Below are positions 27,534 to 40,898 of a stretch of 64,000 bases of DNA, piece after piece; positions within the stretch are counted from its first letter, which is position 1, and each line of letters opens with the position of its first letter. A program made the translations under genes and the position numbers. The notes beneath the pieces were generated by a model. That model did not search any database. It saw only the letters and a program-made list of their open reading frames with translations, and was not told the origin of the DNA. Origin of the DNA: Balanoglossus misakiensis (Eukaryota > Animalia > Hemichordata); assembly GCA_040954595.2 (NCBI GenBank), contig CM082582.2, positions 4,324,303-4,388,302 on the forward strand. The letters are read 5' to 3'.

Positions 27534-30500
27534 ATGGCATGGTTGCAAATGTGTACTCTGAAAATCACACTTTGTGTGCTATCACTTTCGCTATGGGTCA
27601 CAAGGTCCGTGGGAGCAAACACCGCACTCCATTGTAAAGACTGTAACTTCACTCGTGCCGTCAACGAAGTAAGTACATGTAGTATTATAGCCGGCATGAA
27701 GGCTGCCGGTAAGGTTTTACTTGCTTCGCTTTTACGCTTTTTTGGATGGGATTATGAAAGAAAAAATATTGAGCAGAGCGACGATATCTTTCCTGGCCAT
27801 GCCGCAAACACACTATAATTTCGCGATCATAACAATACTGAGCGTGTTAGGAATTAGGGTAAGTCACTTTCTGAGATTTTTCTTTCCATTCAATTTGCAG
27901 GACATTGATGTTGGTGACCAGATCTTCAGGTTACCTATCGCTGACGTCACTGATGTTCGGCGTGTCGTCTTGGAAAGCGGTAACGAGGCAAGTGTTTTGA
28001 ATTGTTCACATCGGTTTAACACAATATGTCTGATTCGTGGTAGAGTTGGAAATTGTTCAAAATTTTACCTCTTCCCTCTTCTCCCCTCCTTCCGTCCATC
28101 TGTCCATCCATAGTCAGTCCATCCAACCACCCACCCATCCACCTATCTATTATTTACGTATCATAAACTAACTAAACTTAAAATTAAATGTGTCTGCAAC
28201 TTCACCAAAACATATTCCAGCGACAATGACTTTAAGTGTTATAAAAAGTAAAAATTGGGCTTTAATCATGCGTGATATTTCACAAGCTTTATACCGCCTA
28301 CTCCGAACTGCGTGCATAGGCATTCACGATGAGACAAAACGTCGCACCAGTTTATATTCTCAATTCGAAAGTCTATATAATCGGGATGGTGGTCAAGAAC
28401 ATATTTACAAGATTATAGGTAGATTTGCTAGTACTTGTTTGTATTGAAGACCATTGTCTTTTATATTATTGATTTATTTATTCGGATGGCAGCTTGGTAA
28501 GTGACTTTTGGCCAAGTACCTGGTTAATTGTTTCGATTTGTGATTCGATTTCCAAGAAATAAATTATCATTTATGTCAAGCAGTCTTTGTATCAAGCAAT
28601 CATTTATGATTATATACGCAATGATTACCCAATTTACATTTTCACTTTTGTCAGAATGGTCAGTTTTCCATCAATCAACATGGAGTTGTTTATCTTGCCA
28701 AGCTTCTCGATTACGACATAAGCAAAGAGTATCATCTTCTGATATCTATTTATATGGTAAGTGTTTTCAGGCTTCATCATCATATCCCATGCAGATAGGC
28801 ACACACACACACTCGCACTAACAACTGGTGGTACCCGCTCATTCATGTGATCAACTCATGAGAGAACGTTGGTGTTTATAATTGAAATAAGTTATTGGCG
28901 TTAACTTGTTATTTTCCTTTTCAGACAGATGGCATTAAAGACAATCTAACTTTAAGTATAACAGTTAATGACGTCATGAATTGGCCTCCAGTTTTTAACG
29001 AGTCATGTGCGCTGCCAAGCAACAAGACTAACAAGGTATATTTCATTTGCCAACCTACATTACCAGTCTTGCGTGTCTCCCTCTGTTATTCTAGTTTCAT
29101 ATTCAGCTTGACTTGTATTACTGGGTTAGGAACCCGTTGCTACGGCAATTAAAAAGTCTTGTACATGTATATATAATAATCTTCGTAGCATGGCAAAGAC
29201 CCAATAACTTTTATTATTGATACAGGATGACGTTTATATATTTTTCTTTCTAGGGGCTACTTTACAATATTCTTGTAGGCAAAGGACATACACCCTTAGA
29301 GACCCCCCTGATGCTTTTAGAAGACAACACAATCATGGACGCGTTTTACAGCAACACTTCCAATAGTGACTGTACGTATATACACAGAAATAATTATCAG
29401 AATGCTTTTTCTGGCAATCAGCTCAGCTCTACACATGTCTTAGTTGGAACTGCGCCACCCTTACTTATTATATACGATAATACCACATACCCCCGGTACT
29501 AGATTTTTAAATTACAATATTAATCTCAACCGCTGTAAAATGAAGTTGTTTAATTGGACGTCAGTCTAATGTTGCTCCCAGTGGCTGGTGAGGTTGGTAC
29601 ACGTTTACTCGGTGATTTCAATCTGTAAACTATCCAACCTATCCAAGTACCTCAAAACCCACGCAACTTACAGTGAAGATGCAGCTGGTAGATCAGATAT
29701 GTACTATTTGTACAGTATGTAGTCTGATTAAATGGGTGCGTCATCTATTCAGTCCTTTTACCACTAGAAAGAACTTACCACTCACTATATGTTTCCCATG
29801 CATGTAAGTTATTGACATAAACCACACTTGTTGATTCATGATCAGCGACACCATTTAATAACCATGTAAAACATCCATTCACAGGCAGTGCATATTTATA
29901 TTTTGTTACAAAGAGAGGCAAGCACAGCGTTGCACAATCCAATCACTTCAACGTCCAATGCGATAACATGATCACTATATCTATCGAAGTCTTACCAGTG
30001 GTAAGTTTTACCCTTTTCTTTTCCGTTAGTATTAAATTGAGATATACCGGGTTGCATAAAACATATAAAAAGCGAAATTCCACAGCAAAGAATGTGAAAG
30101 TTTGGAGGACGATTAGTGCTCAGAAAATGTAGTACGCTACCTTAAATTATATTCATCTTGTATTTTAACCTAGTGGATGAGTTGTTGTTGATAAACACGA
30201 AATTCGTATGATTCAGAAGGACGTCCTTGTTTCATATTAAAACATACTGACTTCGTTCATTGTCTTCTTTACTTTAATTTCCCCAGGACAATAAAACAGG
30301 TATAGATTACCCGCAATGGTTCGATCATCCTTTGTCATATTATGTCTTCGTGCTCATCAAATTATCACCGATGCCGTTAACCGCCACAGAGGGCGTATGC
30401 ATGATCTCGACTTCCGACTTGACCTTTACGACAGAGATCACTGTTCTGCCTCTTGGTAAGTATTCAAACGTTTCTTTTCACTTTAATCTGAAGTTAATCA

Positions 30501-33500
30501 GCAATCGCCATACTGGATGTAGATTTTTTGTTTCCAGACTCATTTCTTTTTTTTTTTGCACTCTGTAGCTAAAGTTTTAAATTTAATCTTATATCAAATA
30601 GCAGTTATCCTTCCTTCCTTCCTTCTGCCTTTGTTCCCTCCTTCCTTTCCCGTTTATTCCTTCCTTTATTCCTTCTTTCCAACTCACGATTGTTGACGAA
30701 CTCGTGAGCGCACTGTATGACGAACATTCCAAATGAAGCAGCCGCAAAGCTTGCGGACAGATGTGACTTTCGAACTATTTCGTGGAAAGCGTAGTGTAAT
30801 GGACATTTTTCATCTGGAAGTACTGTTTTAAAGATGTGACAGAAGTTCCCACCACTCAAAAAAGAACCCTAACAGTTTGCGTTGTGCATATTGAAGGTTG
30901 CCCGCCAGGGAAGTATGGTTTCAAATGTGAAAATGACTGTCTTTGTAAAAATGGCGCCAGGTGCCATTCTTTCAATGGAGCGTGTCAATGCACGGCCGGC
31001 TGGAGGGGACCGTCATGTGATGTACCATGTAAGCTTATAGTATTATTCTATTTTCACTTTCGACAGAGATTTTTGTGTTAGTTTCAAAGAGACGTTGGTC
31101 CACCCTAAAGACCATACACATGGGTATTAAATCCATAAACTTATTATGAAAATGTTACACTTTCTGTCATTTTTCATGTCTTAGAATAAAGTAGACGAAT
31201 TTTGAAAACCTATTCATTATTTCCTCGTCAATCTACACGGAAATGAGTTGGAAACTGTTCATTTGCGATGACACATTTTATGCACCGAAATTTCTTTTAG
31301 CTCTGAAGACAGTGGAAATAACAGAAAGGGTGATCGAAGCTTCTTATGGGGACATAATGACCATGTGTTGCCTAACCTATCACCTTGTGGTTGAAGATGA
31401 CGACATCGTCTGGTACAGGGGAGACGAGATTCTGGACGAGGACACTGACACCCGTTTGAATTTTCGTCACAAGGATGGGTGACTATATCTTATGACCTAT
31501 TGGCGTGTACTTTCACTTTCCGTTTTCACGTCTTGAGTGATTCTCGCAATTTTCATAGATTTTGTATATTTGACATCGTTATTTTTACTTCCGGTTTACG
31601 AAGCTCTGAAAAGTTTAGGGTCGGCTGGCTAAAATTAGGGTAGGTCAGGTAATCGGAACAGGGCATATTTTTTTTATTTGGCTTAAGGTATTATTTTGTT
31701 TACTAATCGCATTTTATGTGTTGATGTTATTGATTTATTTTATAGCAACTCTTCTATAACGATCGTCCCTGTGACTGACAGCGATGCTGGAATCTATGAG
31801 TGTGAAGTCAAAGACAAGGCTGATCGTAAACACAGAGCATTCTCTGAACTAAGAGTCACAGGTAACGAACGTTTTTTAAACTTGTAAAGAGTTCATGACA
31901 TATGAGATTATAGACATAACAATTGGCAGCGGTAACGTGTACACGAAGATTCCTTGTACATGCAGTCAAAGACTGGTTCCGTTCTAGATGTGGATTTTGG
32001 TTGCTTAGCTTCAAAACTGTCTTTTCTATGATAACTACATTACTTGTAAATCTAATACCTTTGTGCATAGAGCGAGTGTCTTTAATAAACTGTTTCGGTT
32101 CTAACAGGCTGTCGTGGTAATACGTGGGGACCAACATGTTCAAAAACTTGCAACTGTCGACATGGCGCCTCCTGTGATAGGTATGAAGGGTGCCTTTGTT
32201 TAGTGGGATGGAATGGAACCACATGTTCTGACGGTAAGAAATTAACAATTATCGTAATTTATCTCTCCGAAATCACCAAGGTTCTTAAATAGGCATTTTC
32301 ATGCATAGCCGTGGTTCTTACCGAAAAATCGTGGTTCTTACGTTTTACAGCCTACAAAGTCAAAACTACTCAAGGTTCTAGCTTACAAAGTCTTATTTTC
32401 AGTCGATGTGATGATAATTTCTCATTAAAAATTAACTATTATCGTAATCTTCGATATCAAATGACGTCAGACGCGCTCAGGCGGCAGTTGCGTTGGCATT
32501 CAAATTTCCAGATGACGGGCAACTTCAGCAACGTGGACTTACGTGGTGCAGACAAAGACTGTGCAGATGAAATGCAACGAGGCTGATGAGGCACCATATC
32601 TGATACATGTTACGTGTTTGGCGGTTCTAAAGTAAAAACATACTCGGAAAAACTTCTACTGGATGCCGAAATAATGCTTGCCCGTCATCTGAAAATGACA
32701 ACGCCGTGGGGCACATGGCCAGATCACGTGATTGATAGTAAAGAATAAAGAGAATACACATTGTTTTCAATTTTGGGACAGTATTCGTGTGTGAACGATA
32801 AACAACCACGTCGTTTTCTGGCAATTTTTAAAAATAACTGAAATAGAAGAAGAACTATTAATTTCGCGTGTTGTTTGTGTTATATGCCTCCTGAATTTTT
32901 GGCACAATTGAATGATTTGACTCACAGATGTTCAAGTGCCAATCATCGCCCACTGTCCGGATGATAAGGTGGTATTGACCGATGGTCAGAACACGGACAT
33001 CCGGGTCATATGGAAAGAACCGAACATCACAGACAATTCAGAGAAACTGAACGTGACATCTAACTTTAAACCGGGAGACAGCTTCGGACAGGGAACACAC
33101 CATGTCGTGTATCAAGCCGTTGATGAAGGACAAAATGTAGCGTCCTGTCGGTTTTCTATCACAGTTAAGAAATCAGGTGAGGGTCACGTATGAGTATTCT
33201 CTTTACTATTTTATCTGTTCAACATTCTCTGTGTTTAGTTTTCAAAAAACAGAAGTCACAAATCGATTCGCCTTCCTTCAATTATCCACATGAACCGCCA
33301 ATGACATAAGTCTACTGCGTAAGTTTTTATGTCTGAAATACTCTTGATCATAAACTTGCTATGTTCCGCTACCGATTTGATTTACTAATTACGTTTTGGG
33401 TTTTATTTGCAGTCGCACGAGATGTTTCTGCAGTATTCATCGGTGTAGTTTCGTCACTTACCTTTCTGTGTCTGGCGGGACAGTATCTGGTCTATAAGTA

Positions 33501-34815
33501 CAGACACGAAATACAAGCAATTATCGCTCACAAGCTTCAAGCGTATGAAGATGACGGTAAGAATGGGGACTGTAGTTATAACGTCGACGATTTTTCGAGT
33601 TTTTGATCCTTGTATCAATCCTTAAAAGCATGGCGATGAAAAATCAATTATTGTTTGAGTTACGATTAGTCCCTCAGTGTCACATGTCAGCGTCCATAGA
33701 ACTGTATGCAGCCTTGCACATATAGGTGCCGACCCCCGGGACACTTGCATTATTTTCAAATACGGGGGTAGGGTGGGAGCAAGTTCAAAACATCAACCCA
33801 TGTACATGTATACTCCAAACATTGACCCATTGTTAGGGATTTCTTGATATCCTCACCGTTGTGTAATACCATTCGTTTTCTCGAATTATATTGATCAATA
33901 TGTTAAAAACTGATTCTATGTGTAATTAACACGCATATCACATCCTTTTGCTTGGACTTTAGATCAGAGAAAATTCGATGCTTTTGTGTCAGTGAAAGGT
34001 GATACTGCTGAAGAGGAATTTGTCTACAAAATATTACTTCCGGTTCTTGAAAAGGAATATGGATATCGTCTTTGTGTCCATCACAGAGACTTTGTTATTG
34101 GTGAAGGTGGGTCGCATTTATATTTTACTATAACTTTGAATTTTGGTACAAGGATTAAAACATTATCGTGCTTTTCTATCAAATATTTCAGACAGTGAAC
34201 TGATTGACTGTCTTATTTACCCTAACTTTAAGATAAATGTCATTCATTTTGCATGAGAAGGAAATCCCGGTCCTTAAGAAATGACCATAGGCCGTAATAC
34301 ATATTCAAATGACCTCGTTTTAAATTTCAGCCATTGTGGAGAACATTTTGAAATCGATCCAGGAAAGTCGACGAACCATTCTGGTTCTGTCCCCAGCATT
34401 TGTGGAGAGTGAATGGTGCGACTACGAAGTGGCCTTGGCGCATACAGAAATGATTGCCCTCCGACAGAAACTCATCCCGATTATGTTTGAAGACATCACC
34501 AGAATGGCAAATATCAGGGCGAGTTTACAGGCAATCCTGAACACCATCACTTACATCCAATGGCCGGGGGAGGGCGCTGGCAAGGAAGGCGAGAAATTTT
34601 GGAAGCGCTTGGTGAAAGCGATGCCCAAACGAAGGAATAGGGTTGTTCACGCTATGGATCGTCCGCCGTCAAAATACAGGTCGATCAGAAATCGCTTCTG
34701 TAATGCTGTTTGCCGTTTTCGAGGCAACTGGAACAACAGACGTCGGAATGACAGCGTAGAGTCGGATCTCGGTGCCGATGACGAGATCCCGTTGATGGCG
34801 TTAAATCATTGTTGA
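27534..34815 (+). CDS. Cadherin-EGF-Ig-EGF-HYR-TM-TIR receptor, paralog 2 (15 coding exons)
   Basis: Signal exon 27534-27668; cadherin exons ~27901, ~28655 (LLDYD), ~28925 (DVMNWPPVF); unknown exons ~29254, ~29885, ~30287; EGF ~30898; Ig ~31301 and ~31746 (DAGIYECEV); EGF ~32108; HYR ~32929; TM ~33413; TIR ~33963 and 34331-34815. Confidence 0.88.
32450..32622. repeat. Dispersed repeat, second copy at ~38485-38627
   Basis: Both share CTTCGATATCAAATGACGTCAGACGC...CGTTGGCATTCAAATTTCCA...GCTGATGAGGCACC...CATGTTACGTGT. They lie in non-homologous introns and in opposite orientation relative to their host genes. Confidence 0.75.
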
Positions 34816-36138
34816 TCGGATAGATTATTTTCCGCTCGTCAAACGTTGTGTCGCGCGTAGTTAAATTTTTTGCCGTCTTAATACAGATCCAAGATGTTTT
34901 GCAGTGTGTTATCTTCAGATGTATTTACAAAATTGCTGAATTTATTCCGTAAAACTGGTTTAAGAAATGACAGAAATCGTGATAGGCAGTTTTTAAATAC
35001 AATGTCTGTGAGTGTTTTAACTTACCTACGACCAAAGAATACTTTCATAGCTGTGCATAATGCATGTTTTCCACTGTGCTTCACGACACACATCGCCACG
35101 AAAATAGTGATTACTGTTGTTATTTTCACATCACCAAAAAAATGGAAATCGTTATAAATTAGGTGCTGATATTTTGTACTATGTTTTATAGTCCATTTGC
35201 ATCGTGAGTGACTATATACAATAGTGTTGTGACATTTTCTGAAATAATTTAATTTACTGATCGTCGTCGTCGTCAACAACAACAACAACAACTGTTATCA
35301 TTTCTCAGCATACATTCCAAATTGTTCATTCATCGCAGTATAACAAAATACAACACTCACACATACTCGGCTTGTAAATCCCAAGTAAAGCATAAAAGGT
35401 ATAGTAGGGTTGCATCTATCGATATATTTGTGCGCAGTTCGTTTACTTTCTTTTGTACGACAAACTGTTTCACAAGATCAATATATATATATAAGTGTAA
35501 AATCTATTTTATGCAATAAATGTAACAAAACCAATGAAATAATATCAATATTGCGTCATTATTAAGTTAAAACGAATACCCATGATTACTATATGGCTGG
35601 TGCTGGAAATATAAATAAATCTTATTTGACAAAGATGATAGGACTTTCCATTAAAATAAGATTATTTAAGTATAGCTATAGCTATATGAATATTACAGAT
35701 TTACAATGCCAGAAAGGTATTTAAAACGACTCTTTTTGTGAAAAAGGTTGATTTATTTATTATATCACTTTCTTCCGGCAACATACGTCACAATGACATC
35801 ACCACATGGCAGTGATAACAATATTATATGCAAAGCTTAGCAAACCAATCAATGAGTCTTTTTATAAGACCTCTACACAAAATGCAATGTAAAATACAGC
35901 GGACCGCCTAAGGCATACTCTACCAAGATATCATAAGCCACTCGTTGGCAACAAAGTGAATATACAAACTGCAAACAAATTACATGTACACTGTACCACT
36001 ATACGTATGGGGCGGTGTCAACATTACATTGGTGGAATAACCTTGAAACTTTTGTACTTTCAAGTACACGCTTTTACTGTAGCTGTTTGTGCTCAAGCGT
36101 TTGCTATACGTGAAGCTCACAACGGGGAATATTCTCCT

Positions 36139-39100
36139 TTAGGCCACGTGATCTTCTTGCAATATCAAAGGAGCATCGTCACCAATGACGTCATTCAATA
36201 TATCACTTCCCGACGTTTCCTTTTTCGGCCAAAAGTTGCGAAGAAATTTGGTGAACGATGAGAATGTATCAGGAGAGTTCTGGCGAGCTGGCGATTCAGG
36301 TTGTTCCTCGTTTTGATTTGGATCCTGTGGTTTTCGCTTTCTGGGCATTGCCTTTACCAGGCGCTTCCAGAATTTTTCGACGTCCTTTTCCTCGTTTCCC
36401 TTTGGCCATTCAATGTAAGTGATGGTGTTCAATATTGCCTGTAAACTCGGTCTAATGTTGGCCATCTGGCTGATGTCTTCAAACATGAGAGGAATTAATT
36501 TCTGCCTGAGTCCAACCATCTCCTTGTGTGCCATCAGAACCTCGTAGTCACACCATTCACTGTCCACAAATGCCGGCGACAGAATTAGAATCGTCCGTCG
36601 ACTGTCTTTGATCGACATTATGATATTCTCAACGATGGCTGAAAGAATGAAATACAGCAGGATTGTCAAAGAAAAGAAGCACGTGTTTGTTTATCTATGC
36701 ATTTTATATGTTTTGATGTACACTACGATTGTGTGAGTGAGGACACTGAAACTTTTGAGGTATGTATATGTAGACATAGCCTAGTGGTTTTAGCCACGTT
36801 TTTATGTGCGGTAAGTCTGAGTTCGAATACCATTAAAAATGTCCGCTTGAAAATTACGTTCAGAACATGAAGGTTCACGTAGGCCTATTTAATATTGTGA
36901 GAGTTCTTCACGTGCAAAGCCATTTTGCAATGATTTTTGTGGTGGTCTGATTTTGGATTTCATTCCAAAGTAATTCAACCCGGCTTGAAAGAAAAAAAAC
37001 GCCACAGGCCACCGGGGAACATAAATATTTATTTTGCGTTTTGTATTTATTAATTATCATATAGATCCCCGAGATACTAACCTTCTCCTATGATGAAATC
37101 TCTGTGATGAACGCATAGTTTGAAACCATATTGTTTTTCCAATGTAGGCAGCAATATTCGATATACAAATATTTCGTCATCTGTGTCACCTTTTACCGAT
37201 ACAAACGCATCGTATCTCCGACCGTCTGGAAACAAAATGTTCAAGACACTAAGTAACAAGACAGGTCAACTTTAGTGTACAATGACCCACGCATCTGGAT
37301 TGTAGGGCAGTGACTCGTCATTTGTATATTTTTGAATGTCGAATGCAAAGACAACATCGTCGAACGTAAGTATATATTAACTTACCATCGTCTTCGTATG
37401 GTTGGAACTTTTCTGCTATAATTGTCTGAATTTCGTGTCTGTATTTGTATCCCAAATATGGACCGATAACGCACAGTACACAGATTAAGAAAGCCAGGAT
37501 AGCCAACACTGAAATAACAGGCGTCGATAGGACGCCCTCTACAGAAACAAGATGGAAGAGATGGAGAAAAGTGACAAAGAATATTGAAGGGCGCGGCCAA
37601 GGGTTTTGGACTTTCAAAGCACTCGTATTTTTCATTATATTCTGAATATGTGGTATAAAGTATACCAGGGGTATTCTTTTATACAGCCTCGAGCTTTTTG
37701 CCCTACATTCGTGTAAAAACAGTAATGGTCATGTAAATCTACACTATAAAATAAGAGATATTTCTATCGACTGAAAATATACCGGACAGGTATTTTAGCA
37801 ATTGGAAAGACTTCAGATTTCGTATGAGGGCGCTGTAATCTATGGGACTGTGCTTGTGCAACTTGTGCGCGTGCACCAGATCCTGCATTGGCGATAAAGC
37901 ACAAGTCTAAAATCTTCCGACCCTACCTGGTTTATTAACGGTGACAGAAAAAACACACGTGGCCACATTATCGCCCTCGTCGACTGCCCTGTAAATAACA
38001 GTGTGAACTCCGTAGTCAAACTGCTGCCCCGGATGAAAGTTTGACGTCACGTTGAGATGTTTTGAATTATCGCTTATGATTGGCTCTTTCCAGGTCACTG
38101 TGAAGTTTCTCACGTCTTTTCCAGGAGACAAAACGATATCGCTCGGACAGTCTTTGATGGATGGTTTCTGTATGTCTGAAGGTAAAAAAATATACATGTT
38201 TTGCTGGTCAACGACATGTACGCATATATCAGCAATATGTATAATTCTTGCCATTTCAAACATAAATCTCATATTAACGCTGGTATAGGAAATCATCAGA
38301 ATTGGCCACACGATCTATTTAGAATCCATACCGTGTGAACAAGTTGTTCCGTTCCAGCCTGGTAAACACAAACATCCTTTCTCTCTGTTGCAGGGGGCGC
38401 TGTTCTGACAGTCGCAGTAGTGTTCACAAGTTCTTCCCCATCTATTGTCAGCACAACCTGAAGAGGCACAAAAGTGTTACATATTCTTCGATATCAAATG
38501 ACGTCAGACGCAGTTCCGTTGGCATTCAAATTTCCAACTTCAGCAACGTGGTGCAGACGACGACTGTGCAGACGGAACGCCATGATGCTGATGAGGCACC
38601 GTGTCTGATGCATGTTACGTGTCTGGCATATATTTCCGTGATCCCTAAATTACTCGTATCTTAATTCAGCTACATATTGCTAAAACGAAACCATGACAGT
38701 ATTCGACTCACCTGTTACAATGACTTGGCCATGTGCTGTGTGTATCCGTCCATCTATATCAATAACTTGACATTTATATTGACCAGTAAAGTTATCCACA
38801 ACATATTTTGAACTCAGTGTAGAATAGCTACATGAGAAAAGAATAACAAAATTATATATTTATTGTTTTTGTAAGTTTGGTCTAGAGCAGTTTCCAGAGT
38901 CTGTGTATTACTTTTTCTTGGTGTGTTGTGCAGATTCATTCGCATTTGGACTATCCTTTTAAAACATTGATAAGTTCCACGTCAGATGGCATGCATTTTC
39001 CCCACCAGCGCTCATGCCAGCAGTTTTTACTGTGGACATCGAATCCAATCTGGTGGCGGTAGTTCCAAACGAAACCTACCCCTCATATTTTATCCATAAA

Positions 39101-40765
39101 ATCAGATATTGTCTCATAACAAACACCAGCGTGATATCACAGGATTTAGGAACAATTAACTGTATCTTAGTAAACAATAGCCAAGTACACTAATTGCATG
39201 TATGCACACGGGAGCATCCACGAAAGTGACAATATCCAAATACATGTATAGTATGTATGCACACGGGGGCATTCAGAAACAAAACATTGTTGCCTTGGAA
39301 AACTAAAAAAAAAACAAGTATTCAATATGTCACAATAAACGTACCCTTCCTTACTGCTATGGACGTAGAAACGTTGATCGTTACCAGTGATCGCACTGTT
39401 GTTGAGATACCAGGTGATGTCTTTGTGCCGATCTGAAATCTGGATATTGTAGGTATAGCAGAGTACTGTCAGTAAACCTCCATACACCGAATACGACGTC
39501 TTGGGGGATATTTCGATACGGCTGATCTCTGAAATAAATGGCATTGACTTTATCATAAATTATGAATATGGTTTGTGCATTCTTTAAAAAACTATATACC
39601 ACCAAAAGTACGTGACTCTTATATCCACTGTTAACAAAAATTCAATAAAAGTAAAAAAGCAAGATGCGATTAATAGAATCTCACACTCCCAAGGACCTGG
39701 GATCATATTTCTCACACGAGTTTGAGATTTTCTGTCCCACACGAGCCGCAGTACAAAACAACAACATCTAACAAACAAACAAACAAACTACTTATGTAAC
39801 AAAAACAATAAAAACACTCACAACTAAAACAAATAAACAAACAAACATATGTAACAAAAACAAAAACAAACAAACAAACAAACAAACAAACAAACAAACA
39901 AACAAAACTACCTATGTCACAGGCAGGCCCTGTCCAACCATTTGTACATTGACAAGCGCCATTAAAAGGATGGCAAGAAGCTCCATTCAGACATATGCAG
40001 TCCTGGTCACATTTGAAGCCATATTTACCCGTCGGACAACCTACAGAAAATAACGGTGATAAAGCTGTAAAGGCCATATTCATTGTGTCTAAAGAAAGTG
40101 AAGTACAACGAAAGCAAGACAAAAACCTGTAGAGAGTTATTTGCGTTACCAATCTTTAGAAATTATTTGACTGTAGGCATTGCAGAGGGCTGCCAGTGAA
40201 ATCTTTTCCCAAAGTTGTAAGATGGCATGATTATTTTTCCCTCATATGTTCATGTATTGCGTCTGATGCGTTGGAAGAACGTTGTTCAGCTTGTTACAAA
40301 GTACCACTAGTATTGCTAAACTATTACGCATGCCTATTCACCTTTTGAATAATTATCTTATTTGTTCAGATCAAACTAGACATGAAATTAAACATGTATG
40401 CTTGAGACATGAGACATGTGTCGTTCTACTGATGACAAGTTCAAACGAGGACGAAAACAAGAAAGTTCACAAACCCTGTGGCACTATTTTGGTCGACAGT
40501 GTTAGTAAGGCTGTACCAAAAGGTACAAACACCACATCGCAAACTCCACTGTCTATTTCATTCACCATATGCGCCAGATTAATGATGACAACCATGTCGG
40601 CATCCTGGGGCTCCTCGAACCAACTGCGATTGATGTACGGGTTACCGTCGAGGGCGCTATCGTCCTGAGAGTTGCAGAAAAATAGAGATTGTTTGACCTT
40701 GGGAAATAGCTATCATTTCTGACAATTCACATTCCCTTGATATGAGTGATATAGCCCTCATGTCC

Positions 40766-40803
<38 letters not shown>

Positions 40804-40865
40804 TCAGCAGCAGCAGCAGACAGACAGGTAGGCAGGCAGGCAGACAGACAGACAGACAAACAGGC

Positions 40866-40898
<33 letters not shown>

